64,000 nt of DNA from an uncultured delta proteobacterium (GTDB taxonomy: Bacteria > Desulfobacterota > RBG-13-43-22), in contig CAWJJC010000022.1 of assembly GCA_963843145.1 (NCBI GenBank), positions 288,001-352,000 on the forward strand, written 5' to 3'. A program made the translations under genes and the position numbers. Below, in pieces: positions 36,800-45,543 of the stretch. Position 1 is the first letter of the stretch. The number at the start of each line of letters is the position of its first letter. The notes below the pieces were generated by a model, which was not told the origin of the DNA, ran no database searches, and saw only the letters and a list, made by a program, of their open reading frames with translations.

Positions 36800-37832
36800 T
36801 CATGGCTTGGTTTGACCGGATTGGGGGTCCATGATCAGGGACGAGACCGTGACTGCCTCGAAAGCCGAACCCGGGACTTGCTGTAATTCGTGCAGATGAT
36901 CATTGTCCCAGCGTTCATCCGGGACCCCGGTGATATACCAGGCAGAGCCATTGTCGGCCAGGATCATCCCGATATTTCTTGAGGGCGCGCAGGATCACCT
37001 GCACCTCGGGTGAAAAACTGGAAAGATCAAAATCGGACTTGAGACGAAAACGCTGGCCTAAGGGAGGATACTGGGGTTCCGTGTGCCAAGAGGCGTAATG
37101 TCGGGCGGGCCAAATATATTCCTTCCGGGTGGCCGGTGCCGTAAAACGGAGGGCATGCCGGATTTCTCCGGCGGACACTTCTTCATAGCGGACCAGACCC
37201 GGCAGGATCGCCAACCCGGCGGCATCGGCCGAGGTCCAGGTTTCCGGCCGCAGCTCATAGGAATTTAAATTAAATTGAGCGCCGGACCCGGCCTGCCAGG
37301 ATCCGTCGGGCTGAGGCCAGGCATTATAGAGTTCGAACAAGCGGCAGTGATCGCGATCCAAAATTAACACGTGGCGGTCGCCTTCGGCGGAGGGTCCCCC
37401 CTCAATGGGTGGATTCAGCGGAATGGGATAGGGACCCGGGTCGCTTTCCTCCTGGTAATCAAAGGTAACCGGTACCTTGCTCTGGCTTCCCGGGACGACA
37501 ATGAAGGGGATTCCAATCGGCCTCCCTTCCCAGGTCCCCGCTCCAAAGTCGGCATGTACCCCTTTGGTTAAGCCGATGGTTTTAACGAACTGGGCGGAAA
37601 GAGGATCCGTCGGCAAATGATCGATGGGGGTGTTCCAAATATGATCGGCCGGGAAAACCGGACACCCGCTCAGGACAGGGCCGCTGCCGGCTCGAATGAT
37701 GACCGGCAGGAATATTTTTTCCTCAGCCCTCCCGGATATCACTCCCGACAGCGAGGCGAGCCCCCAAAAGATTACCGCCCACCATCCGGTGGAAACGTTG
37801 GATAGAGACCTGCGGGAAAGTTTGTCAAGCAT
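36800..37832 (-). CDS. conserved hypothetical secreted protein, frameshifted near 36970 (and probably near 36822)
   Basis: CPVFPADHIWNTPI, SDPGPYPIP, GDRHVL, WTSADAAGL, EIRHALRFT. After ALKKY the plausible continuation GMILADNGSAWYITGVPDERWDND is in the +1 frame. Confidence 0.7.
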
Positions 37833-37858
37833 ATGAAGGCGGATAGGTACTATTAATC

Positions 37859-37890
37859 AAGGCCCCCGGCAGTGTGTTGCCGGGGGCCTT
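37859..37890 (-). terminator. intrinsic terminator-like hairpin after the large surface-protein gene
   Basis: AAGGCCCCCGGCA-N6-TGCCGGGGGCCTT, 13-bp stem. Confidence 0.7.
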
Positions 37891-37927
37891 CAAGAGCCGG
37901 GGGTCCGCCCGGCACACTGCCAGCTAA

Positions 37928-40900
37928 CTATCTCTTTTCCAGTCTTGTCACGAAGTGATAGGAATTGATATTAAAATTGGCGTCGCTGGTGTCGTTGATC
38001 CCATTATAACCGATGCTGGTTATCCGAATTTGATAATCCGAACCGGGTTTCAGCTTCAAGGGCGGGGTCCAGGTGTAGGAACCGTTGCCATTGGCGCCTA
38101 TTTTAGCCGATCGGACAATGTTTCTAATTACCGATCCATTTTTCAGCAGGTCAATTTTCACGGAAGTGCTCGGGTTGCCGGCATAATTCCAATCGATGGT
38201 CTGCGGTTTGCCAGCCTGCCAGGATTCTCCTCCATTGGGTGAGGTCAGGGCCAAGGTATTGGCACCCCACAAATATTGGAGCCGGGAATAGACCGCTCGA
38301 GGCTCTACCGTGTCGGGGCCGGTCCCATTATCCAAGACCCGAACGATGCCCCACCATTCTTCATTGGCATAGCCATCGGGTTGGGTGGTGGTGGCAAAGC
38401 CGCAGCGGCCGTGCAGGGCCGGGTCCGGGTCCGCCGGGCAGGAGGTATCCTCACTGTAACGCCCTTTCCACCATTCGTCCGAGTAGGACATGATCGTTCC
38501 CCCGACGCAGGTTTGGTTATTGGCGGCTATTTCTCTCCACAATCCTTCGGTAATATCCGCCTGAGTCGTTTTTCCTGACTTTTCATATTCATTGCCCCGA
38601 GTGTTATCAAAGGCATCGATCCCGTATTCCAGGATCAGGACCGGCTTAGTAGTTGCCGGACTACTGTCGGCGAACAAGGTCCCGAAAGAATTGCCCCGAT
38701 AGACGTTGGCTCCCCAGATATCCAGGGCTGGAACGGCCCCCTCAAAACCGGCCAGGGTGGCAGCCAGGTTTTGATCGGCCAAAGCCGTGGTTACCGGATG
38801 GGCCTTGGTCCCTTCTTCCAGATGGGCCACTTCCGCCAGTTCGTTGATCAGGCTGAAAAGCTGGGGAAGGCTGTTTCCGTATGCCTGGGGGAGGTTCAAA
38901 TTTTGACCCACCGACCACATCAAGATTGCCGGGTGGTCTTTGTGGGCGGCTACCATTTTCTGAAAATCGGCTTTGATCTGGTCCCGAACATTGGTGGGTG
39001 ATGCGGGATCGATGTCCAGACCATCGTTGATCCAGTAACCCGCAATGACATAAATCGGGTCCGATCCGTCGTTGTAAGCCTGGTCAAGAAAGTCGAAATG
39101 GTCGGCCGATTTTTCCCAGTTGTAGAGGCGGACGACATTGGCCCCCATGGCTTTCAGGACCGGCAGGTCTCGATTATAAATAGCACTATAGGGTGCCGTA
39201 AAGTAATCCCCGTAAGGAGCAGCATTAGGGTCTTCGCCAATGGGTACCGGGGAATAAACCACCCCTTTGACCGTAAAAGGAGCGCCGTTGACCAGGAGTT
39301 GTTTTCCGCTTACGTTGACGGGTGTGGGCTGGTAGGATGTCACGGTTACCGTCACCCCGACACCGGGGTTTTCCACATTGCCCACGTTGTCCGTGGCCCT
39401 GGATTTGATCACATAGGTCCCATTCCGAGGCGCAGTCCAGGAATAATTCCAGAGGATCGTTCCGTCGGCCGGCTTCCAAGTTGCGCCGCCGTCGGTTGAA
39501 ACCTCGACCTTTTGAACTCCGGATCCGCTACCATCCGTGGCCCCTCCGCTTATGGCTACCGCCGGATGTCGCCAAGTGGAGCCACTGGTGGGGTTGCTGA
39601 TCGAGGAATTCGGTTTGTTTGTTTCCAGATTAAAGGTAGCCTGGATGGAGGTATTGGCACTTATCGTGATCGTGCAAGGGTTGGTGCTTCCGCTACAGGC
39701 CCCGGTCCAGCCGCTAAATGTTGAATGGGTGTCGGCCAAGGCCGTGAGACTCACTGAGGTGTTGGCATTGAGGGATTCGTCGCAATCGGTGCCGCAACTG
39801 ATACCGGTCCCGGTCACCGTTCCGCTTCCCGTGCCGTTCTTGGAAACGGTCAGGGTATAGGTGGGATTGGCCGAGAAAGTGGCCTGAATCGTGTGGGCGC
39901 CAGTCACGTTGGAAAAAGAGTAACTTCCGGGGGTTCCTTTGGAAACCCCGTCCACCCGAACTCTATAGATCCGGTAGCCCGTATCGGGGGTGATGGTAAA
40001 GGTCTGGGAGGCGCCGGAGTTGACGTTGATCCCGCCGGAGGGCGAAATGGAACCGCCGCTCCCGGCCGAGGCGGTGATGGTGTAAGTTTTAAGGGCGAAA
40101 GCGGCGGTTACCGTAGTATTGGCATTCATGGTGACCGTGCAGGGGTTGGTGGTTCCGCTGCAGGCCCCGGTCCAGCCGGTGAAATTCGAGTTGGCATTGG
40201 CCGCGGCGGTCAGACTGACCACAGTCCCGGCATTAAAGGAGGTCCCGGTGGGTGCGTTGGTCACGGTGCCGCTGCCGGTTCCGTTCTTGGAAACGGTCAG
40301 AGTATAGTTAGGATTGGCCGAGAAAGTGGCCTGAATCGAGTGGGCGGCGGTCACGTTGGAAAAAGAGTAACTTCCGGGGGTTCCCTGGGCAACCCCGTCC
40401 ACTATCAGACCGGCAATCTGGTAGCCCGAATTGGGGGTGATGGTAAAGGTCTGGGAGGCGCCGGAGTTGACGTTGATCCCGCCGGAGGGCGAGATGGAAC
40501 CGCCGGTCCCGGCCGAGGCGGTGATGGTGTAAGTTTTAAGGGCGAAAGCGGCGGTTACCGTAGTATTGGCATTCATGGTGACCGTGCAGGGGTTGGTGGT
40601 TCCGCTGCAGGCCCCGGTCCAGCCGGTGAAATTCGAGTTGGCATTGGCCGCGGCGGTCAGACTGACCACAGTCCCGGCATTAAAGGAGGTCCCGGTGGGT
40701 GCGTTGGTCACGGTGCCGCTGCCGGTTCCGTTCTTGGAAATGGTCAGAGTATAGTTAGGATTGGCCGAGAAAGTGGCCTGAATCGAGTGGGCGGCGGTCA
40801 CGTTGGAAAAAGAGTAACTTCCGGGGGTTCCCTGGGCAACCCCGTCCACTATCAGACCGGCAATCTGGTAGCCCGAATTGGGGGTGATGGTAAAGGTCTG

Positions 40901-42457
40901 GGAGGCGCCGGAGTTGACGTTGATCCCGCCGGAGGGCGAAATGGAACCGCCGGTCCCGGCCGAGGCGGTGATGGTGTAAGTTTTAAGGGCGAAAGCGGCG
41001 GTTACCGTAGTATTGGCATTCATGGTGACCGTGCAGGGGTTGGTGGTTCCGCTGCAGGCCCCGGTCCAGCCGGTGAAATTCGAGTTGGCATTGGCCGCGG
41101 CGGTCAGACTGACCACAGTCCCGGCATTAAAGGAGGTCCCGGTGGGTGCGTTGGTCACGGTGCCGCTGCCGGTTCCGTTCTTGGAAACGGTCAGAGTATA
41201 GTTAGGATTGGCCGAGAAAGTGGCCTGAATCGAGTGGGCGGCAATCACGTTGGAAAAAGAGTAACTTCCGGGGGTTCCCTGGGCAACCCCGTCCACTATC
41301 AGACCGGCAATCTGGTAGCCCGAATTGGGGGTGATGGTAAAGGTCTGGGAGGCGCCGGAGTTGACGTTGATCCCGCCGGAGGGCGAAATGGAACCGCCGG
41401 TTCCGGCCGAGGCGGTGATGGTGTAAGTTTTAAGGGCGAAAGCGGCGGTTACCGTAGTATTGGCATTCATGGTGACCGTGCAGGGGTTGGTGGTTCCGCT
41501 GCAGGCCCCGGTCCAGCCGGTGAAATTCGAGTTGGCATTGGCCGCGGCGGTCAGACTGACCACAGTCCCGGCATTAAAGGAGGTCCCGGTGGGTGCGTTG
41601 GTCACGGTGCCGCTGCCGGTTCCGTTCTTGGAAACGGTCAGAGTATAGTTAGGATTGGCCGAGAAAGTGGCCTGAATCGAGTGGGCGGCAGTCACGTTGG
41701 AAAAAGAGTAACTTCCGGGGGTTCCCTGGGCAACCCCGTCCACTATCAGACCGGCGATCTGGTAGCCCGAATTGGGGGTGATGGTAAAGGTCTGGGAGGC
41801 GCCGGAGTTGACGTTGATCCCGCCGGAGGGCGAGATGGAACCGCCGGTCCCGGCCGAGGCGGTGATGGTGTAAGTTTTAAGGGCGAAAGCGGCGGTTACC
41901 GTAGTATTGGCATTCATGGTGACCGTGCAGGGGTTGGTGGTTCCGCTGCAGGCCCCGGTCCAGCCGGTGAAATTCGAGTTGGCATTGGCCGCGGCGGTCA
42001 GACTGACCACAGTCCCGGCATTAAAGGAGGTCCCGGTGGGTGCGTTGGTCACGGTGCCGCTGCCGGTTCCGTTCTTGGAAATGGTCAGAGTGAATTGAGA
42101 AGCCGGTACTGTGTAGCTTACTTCGTTGGATTTGGCGCTTTCGAATCCTTCGGTGTCGAAAGCGGTCAGAGCGAAATAATAGGTGACCCCATCGGTTAAA
42201 TTGGTTACCGTATAGGTCGTCACTTTGCCCAGGATTATAGGATTGGAATAGTTCCCAGACGAGGTTCCATAATAAAGGTTATAGCCGGAGAGATCCGATT
42301 CGCTGTTGGCATCCCAGGCCAAGGTTACCTGGGCGGCCTGGGCCTGGACGATCAGGCCCAGTAACAGCATGAACATTAAGGAAAGACCGATAATTTTGGA
42401 AAATAAACGGGGTGAGAAGAAGTCAAGATTATCCCTACGGACTGGGATCGCGCTCAT
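37928..42457 (-). CDS. large secreted/surface protein: FnIII + tandem bacterial (InlB-B/Flg_new-like) repeats + Ig-like + clan GH-A (GH2/GH158-like) TIM barrel + Ser/Thr-rich Ig-like C-terminal domain
   Basis: Signal peptide ending AQA; VTLAWD FnIII; repeats with FTGWTGAC; VEVSTDGGATW; LLVNGAPFTVKGVVYSP...MGANVVRLY...HPAILMW...LEYG...YSDEWWK; TSPNGGESW. Confidence 0.88.
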   Translation of the reverse strand: MSAIPVRRDNLDFFSPRLFSKIIGLSLMFMLLLGLIVQAQAAQVTLAWDANSESDLSGYNLYYGTSSGNYSNPIILGKVTTYTVTNLTDGVTYYFALTAFDTEGFESAKSNEVSYTVPASQFTLTISKNGTGSGTVTNAPTGTSFNAGTVVSLTAAANANSNFTGWTGACSGTTNPCTVTMNANTTVTAAFALKTYTITASAGTGGSISPSGGINVNSGASQTFTITPNSGYQIAGLIVDGVAQGTPGSYSFSNVTAAHSIQATFSANPNYTLTVSKNGTGSGTVTNAPTGTSFNAGTVVSLTAAANANSNFTGWTGACSGTTNPCTVTMNANTTVTAAFALKTYTITASAGTGGSISPSGGINVNSGASQTFTITPNSGYQIAGLIVDGVAQGTPGSYSFSNVIAAHSIQATFSANPNYTLTVSKNGTGSGTVTNAPTGTSFNAGTVVSLTAAANANSNFTGWTGACSGTTNPCTVTMNANTTVTAAFALKTYTITASAGTGGSISPSGGINVNSGASQTFTITPNSGYQIAGLIVDGVAQGTPGSYSFSNVTAAHSIQATFSANPNYTLTISKNGTGSGTVTNAPTGTSFNAGTVVSLTAAANANSNFTGWTGACSGTTNPCTVTMNANTTVTAAFALKTYTITASAGTGGSISPSGGINVNSGASQTFTITPNSGYQIAGLIVDGVAQGTPGSYSFSNVTAAHSIQATFSANPNYTLTVSKNGTGSGTVTNAPTGTSFNAGTVVSLTAAANANSNFTGWTGACSGTTNPCTVTMNANTTVTAAFALKTYTITASAGSGGSISPSGGINVNSGASQTFTITPDTGYRIYRVRVDGVSKGTPGSYSFSNVTGAHTIQATFSANPTYTLTVSKNGTGSGTVTGTGISCGTDCDESLNANTSVSLTALADTHSTFSGWTGACSGSTNPCTITISANTSIQATFNLETNKPNSSISNPTSGSTWRHPAVAISGGATDGSGSGVQKVEVSTDGGATWKPADGTILWNYSWTAPRNGTYVIKSRATDNVGNVENPGVGVTVTVTSYQPTPVNVSGKQLLVNGAPFTVKGVVYSPVPIGEDPNAAPYGDYFTAPYSAIYNRDLPVLKAMGANVVRLYNWEKSADHFDFLDQAYNDGSDPIYVIAGYWINDGLDIDPASPTNVRDQIKADFQKMVAAHKDHPAILMWSVGQNLNLPQAYGNSLPQLFSLINELAEVAHLEEGTKAHPVTTALADQNLAATLAGFEGAVPALDIWGANVYRGNSFGTLFADSSPATTKPVLILEYGIDAFDNTRGNEYEKSGKTTQADITEGLWREIAANNQTCVGGTIMSYSDEWWKGRYSEDTSCPADPDPALHGRCGFATTTQPDGYANEEWWGIVRVLDNGTGPDTVEPRAVYSRLQYLWGANTLALTSPNGGESWQAGKPQTIDWNYAGNPSTSVKIDLLKNGSVIRNIVRSAKIGANGNGSYTWTPPLKLKPGSDYQIRITSIGYNGINDTSDANFNINSYHFVTRLEKR
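39857..42091 (-). repeat. five tandem 447-bp (149-aa) near-identical intragenic repeats, plus a diverged partial sixth
   Basis: Units end at 42091, 41644, 41197, 40750 and 40303; shadow ORFs recur every 447 bp; units 1-4 differ by only a few SNPs. Confidence 0.97.
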
Positions 42458-42519
42458 GGCAATACCTCCTTAAATTTGCTGCTAAGCGAAATGCAGCCAC
42501 AGGAGGTACCGCATTCGCC

Positions 42520-42610
42520 TGGCGACCCTGCTACCGTATGTGGCGACAAAAGCGTCACACGTAGGCCAGTGGCTTTGCGTCCCACCCTTTCGGATGGTTT
42601 GCCTTTTTCA
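42520..42610 (-). ncRNA. c-di-GMP-I (GEMM) riboswitch
   Basis: GGCAAACCATCC-GAAA-GGGTGGGACGCAAAGCCACTGGCCTA...GGTAGCAGGGTCGCC matches the GEMM-I consensus. G at the position equivalent to Vc2 G20 indicates c-di-GMP rather than cGAMP type. Confidence 0.93.
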
Positions 42611-42649
42611 GGTTTATTTATTAGGACCCAAGGGTCCGATCTGTTCTAT

Positions 42650-42666
42650 TGCAAGTTGAAGACCAA
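42650..42666 (-). promoter_or_regulatory. sigma54 -24/-12 promoter upstream of the riboswitch
   Basis: TTGGTCTTCAACTTGCA (GG-N10-GC); predicted start ~42639, just before the aptamer. Confidence 0.7.
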
Positions 42667-42864
42667 AAAATAAACCAGGCTCGCCGAAAGAAATCGATAA
42701 CAAATTTCAGTGATTAACTTCGGCAGCGACGATCACCGAAATTTAATCACTTTCTGGTTCTACAAATTAATGCTCTTAGTTGCAAAAATTGGATTTAGGC
42801 TAAAAGGCGGGCTTTTCCTGGATGGCTCAAAAATAGAGGGAAGAGAAAATGGAACGGAATGAAC

Positions 42865-42901
42865 AAGTCCATCCGTCCCTTTATCGGGTCCGGATGGACT
42901 T
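42865..42901 (-). terminator. hairpin downstream of cooC
   Basis: AAGTCCATCCG...CGGATGGACTT. Confidence 0.6.
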
Positions 42902-42928
42902 AACAATGAACCGTCGGGTAGAGGTAAG

Positions 42929-43693
42929 TTAGTCTTTCAGCAATTGATCTACAAATTTATTCACTTCCAGATTCAGTACCTGGTCTTTTTCAAATGGCGC
43001 CCGTCCTTCCAGGTCGGCTTCGATGATTTGATCGTTGTAAGGCAGGAACCCCAGGAAGGTGAAGCCCGGAAGCTGTTTGAGCAAAAATTCCTTGTCGCTT
43101 TCGTTGCGGATCTTGTTGCCCACCAGGACGATGTTCTTCAACCCCAAGTCCTGGGCTAGCTTCTTGATTTGATGGGCCGTCTCAATGCTTCGCTTGCCGG
43201 GCTCCACTACCACAATCAACTTATTGACCGACGAGGCGGTTCCCCGGCCCAAATGTTCGATCCCGGCCTCCATATCCAGGACCACCACTTCGTCCCGGGC
43301 CAGGATCAGGTGGGTGATCAGGGTCTTGAGCATCACGCTCTCCGGGCAGATGCAGCCGCCGCCGCCCCGCTTGACCCCACCCATGACCATGACCCGGATA
43401 TTGCCCTTCTGAACCGAGAGCTTCTCCGGCAGGTCGCTCACGTGGGGGTTTAATTTAAAAAAGCTCCCCATGGTGCCGGTCTTGGATTCGGTCCGCTCCT
43501 CGATCAGCTCCTTCATCTCGGAGATGGGGACGATCAATTCCGGGTGTTCGATTCCCAGCGCACCGGCCAGGTTGGCGTCGGGGTCGGCATCAATCGCCAG
43601 GACCTTGTTCCCCCGGTCACTGAAATTCTTGATAATCAAGGAGGCCAGGGTGGTTTTACCCACGCCCCCCTTTCCACTGATGGCTATTTTCAT
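42929..43693 (-). CDS. cooC: CooC/AcsF-type nickel-insertion ATPase
   Basis: MKIAISGKGGVGKTT, DADPDANL, GGGGCICPE (CxC), DMEAGIEHLGRG. Confidence 0.92.
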   Translation of the reverse strand: MKIAISGKGGVGKTTLASLIIKNFSDRGNKVLAIDADPDANLAGALGIEHPELIVPISEMKELIEERTESKTGTMGSFFKLNPHVSDLPEKLSVQKGNIRVMVMGGVKRGGGGCICPESVMLKTLITHLILARDEVVVLDMEAGIEHLGRGTASSVNKLIVVVEPGKRSIETAHQIKKLAQDLGLKNIVLVGNKIRNESDKEFLLKQLPGFTFLGFLPYNDQIIEADLEGRAPFEKDQVLNLEVNKFVDQLLKD

Positions 43694-43827
43694 GAATGAT
43701 CTCCCATCGTATCTGGAATTTAGGTTAATATAGGTGAATTCTAACCCTTTTCCCTCCTGCCAGCAATACAAAACGGAAAGGTAAGCGATGTTTGGAGACC
43801 AGTGAGGATAAAAGTCTAAAGCGGCAC

Positions 43828-44160
43828 TTAGGTTTTTAAATCAAGTTGTTCGATCAGTGTATGGGCAAACTGGATTAGAAAATTTTCCTGGGCGGGATTG
43901 GCGTATTGAACGCAATCGCAACGGAACTTACCGCGGGCCCGGACCAGGAACTCAAATTTGATAAAATCCTTGCCCACCTCGATGGCCAGGTAATGGGGTC
44001 CGCAGGCCTGGTGCTCCCATTGAACGGGACCAAGCAGGTCGGAAGGTAGTTCCAACCAGAAGATTTCTCCCAGGCCCGAGGGCAGAGTATGGGTCCGCAG
44101 GTAGTCCCGGACTCGTTCCATTTCTTTTTTGGGGACTTCATCCAGCAGAACCTGGCGCAT
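43828..44160 (-). CDS. conserved hypothetical protein (H..C...CxC)
   Basis: Intact 110-aa ORF overlapping its neighbour; HQACGPHY...FLVR...RCDC. Confidence 0.7.
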   Translation of the reverse strand: MRQVLLDEVPKKEMERVRDYLRTHTLPSGLGEIFWLELPSDLLGPVQWEHQACGPHYLAIEVGKDFIKFEFLVRARGKFRCDCVQYANPAQENFLIQFAHTLIEQLDLKT

Positions 44161-44500
44161 GCCCTCCCCCTTCCGATTTTCTGGCCTGGGAAAAGGCGTC
44201 CCAAACGTTGTAGGCCCAGAAGGTGACTAACAGGATCACTAAGATCAGCAAAACCGTTTTGCTTCGCTGACCCAAAGCCTGGGTAATGGTTTGAAAACGA
44301 TGGGGATCTTTTTCCAGCAACTCCCAGTTCAGGGACTGCATCACCTGGTTAAGGTCATAAATAACCTTGAATAACAAGGCCATAAAGAAGATGGAAAAAC
44401 CAGCAATAAACAGGCCGGCTTTGGGAAACTGGCGGTTGATGATCTGGCCTACCCCGGGCATCAGCGCGGATAAGAGGGGAGCGGTGATAGTGCGCTTCAT
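44138..44500 (-). CDS. small membrane protein
   Basis: LLSALMPGVGQI motif, 2-3 TM segments, WAYNVWDA. Confidence 0.75.
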   Translation of the reverse strand: MKRTITAPLLSALMPGVGQIINRQFPKAGLFIAGFSIFFMALLFKVIYDLNQVMQSLNWELLEKDPHRFQTITQALGQRSKTVLLILVILLVTFWAYNVWDAFSQARKSEGGGHAPGSAG

Positions 44501-44628
44501 TATTTGTTTATAGCGGTTCCTCCGGCTCCTGTCAATCCCGGTATTTTTTTGCTAAAGGGACCGTACCTGTGATAATAAGTCCGAAGGATGTTTATTTAAC
44601 AATTTTATCAAAAAGGAATATTTTTCTC

Positions 44629-45417
44629 ATGGAACAGCGACCAAATCCAGTTCACGTCAGTTGCCCTTTTTTTATGCTCAGAGATCGGTATCTCCCTTTG
44701 ATTCTGGAAAACCGAATTTCGGTGGAGATCGGGGTAGACGCCGAGGTGCTGGACGACTGCCCGGCAGCCGACTTGAAGAAGATAGCGGATACGTTGATCC
44801 AGGCCGAATTGAACTGCTCCCTCCATGCCCCTTTTTTGGATCTGTCCTTGGGGGCCATCGATCCAAAAATCCGTCGGGTTTCTTTGGAGCGGATGGAACA
44901 GGTAATCCGCCTGATCCCGATTTTCCAACCCCGCTGGGTGGTCTGCCACGGGGGCTACGAGGCTCGGCATTACCAGGACCGTCAAGAGGATTGGCTGAAA
45001 AACAATACCGAATCCTTGGAGCGGCTGTTGTCCCTCCTGGAGGGGACCGGGGTGCCCCTGATGGTGGAAAACGTCTTTGAAAGAGAACCCGGTCGTTTGA
45101 AGGATTTATTTGAGGCCATCTCCTCCGCCGAATTGCGTTTTTGCCTCGATGTGGGCCATCATCGCCTCTTTAGCCGAACCGATCTGGAGGACTGGCTCGA
45201 TGCCCTGGGTCCTCAATTGGGTATGCTCCATCTTCATGACAATCAGGGACAATGGGACGACCATCTGGCCTTGGGGCGGGGGTGCATCGATTTCCTCGGC
45301 CTTTTTAATCAGCTTAAGATCAGAGGATTGCGGCCTTTTGTTACCATTGAGCCCCACCAGGAGGACTGGGTCCGCGAAAGTTTGGCGTTCCTGGCCACTC
45401 ACTGGCCCTGGAAGTAA
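44629..45417 (+). CDS. sugar-phosphate isomerase/epimerase (AP endonuclease 2 TIM barrel) family protein
   Basis: LHAPFLDL, VEN, CLDVGH, HLHDNQG..DDHL, TIEPH. Confidence 0.88.
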   Translation: MEQRPNPVHVSCPFFMLRDRYLPLILENRISVEIGVDAEVLDDCPAADLKKIADTLIQAELNCSLHAPFLDLSLGAIDPKIRRVSLERMEQVIRLIPIFQPRWVVCHGGYEARHYQDRQEDWLKNNTESLERLLSLLEGTGVPLMVENVFEREPGRLKDLFEAISSAELRFCLDVGHHRLFSRTDLEDWLDALGPQLGMLHLHDNQGQWDDHLALGRGCIDFLGLFNQLKIRGLRPFVTIEPHQEDWVRESLAFLATHWPWK

Positions 45418-45543
45418 CCCCCCCCTTCAATTTCCCCCGGTTTATTCTTGACAGTTCAACTATTTTAAGTAAGTTTGGGAAGGAACGGCAACCTAAACTG
45501 TAGATCCGGCGGCCACACCGGACGTTTTATTTTTGGAGGAAGT

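Noticed and set aside
39857-42091. Repeat array as a CRISPR or mobile element
   Set aside because: Units are 447 bp, contiguous, in frame and lack unique spacers; there are no cas or transposase genes.
39893-42199. 768-aa plus-strand ORF and the 62-aa ORFs recurring every 447 bp
   Set aside because: Antisense shadows of the repeated surface-protein gene; the periodicity comes from the repeats.
42520-42610. cGAMP-sensing (Geobacter-type) riboswitch variant
   Set aside because: The discriminating nucleotide before GCAAA is G, not A.
45477-45543. T-box leader before ileS (and before tyrS)
   Set aside because: The leader is too short and lacks the GGTGGNACCGCG motif; tyrS is 19 bp from ymdB.
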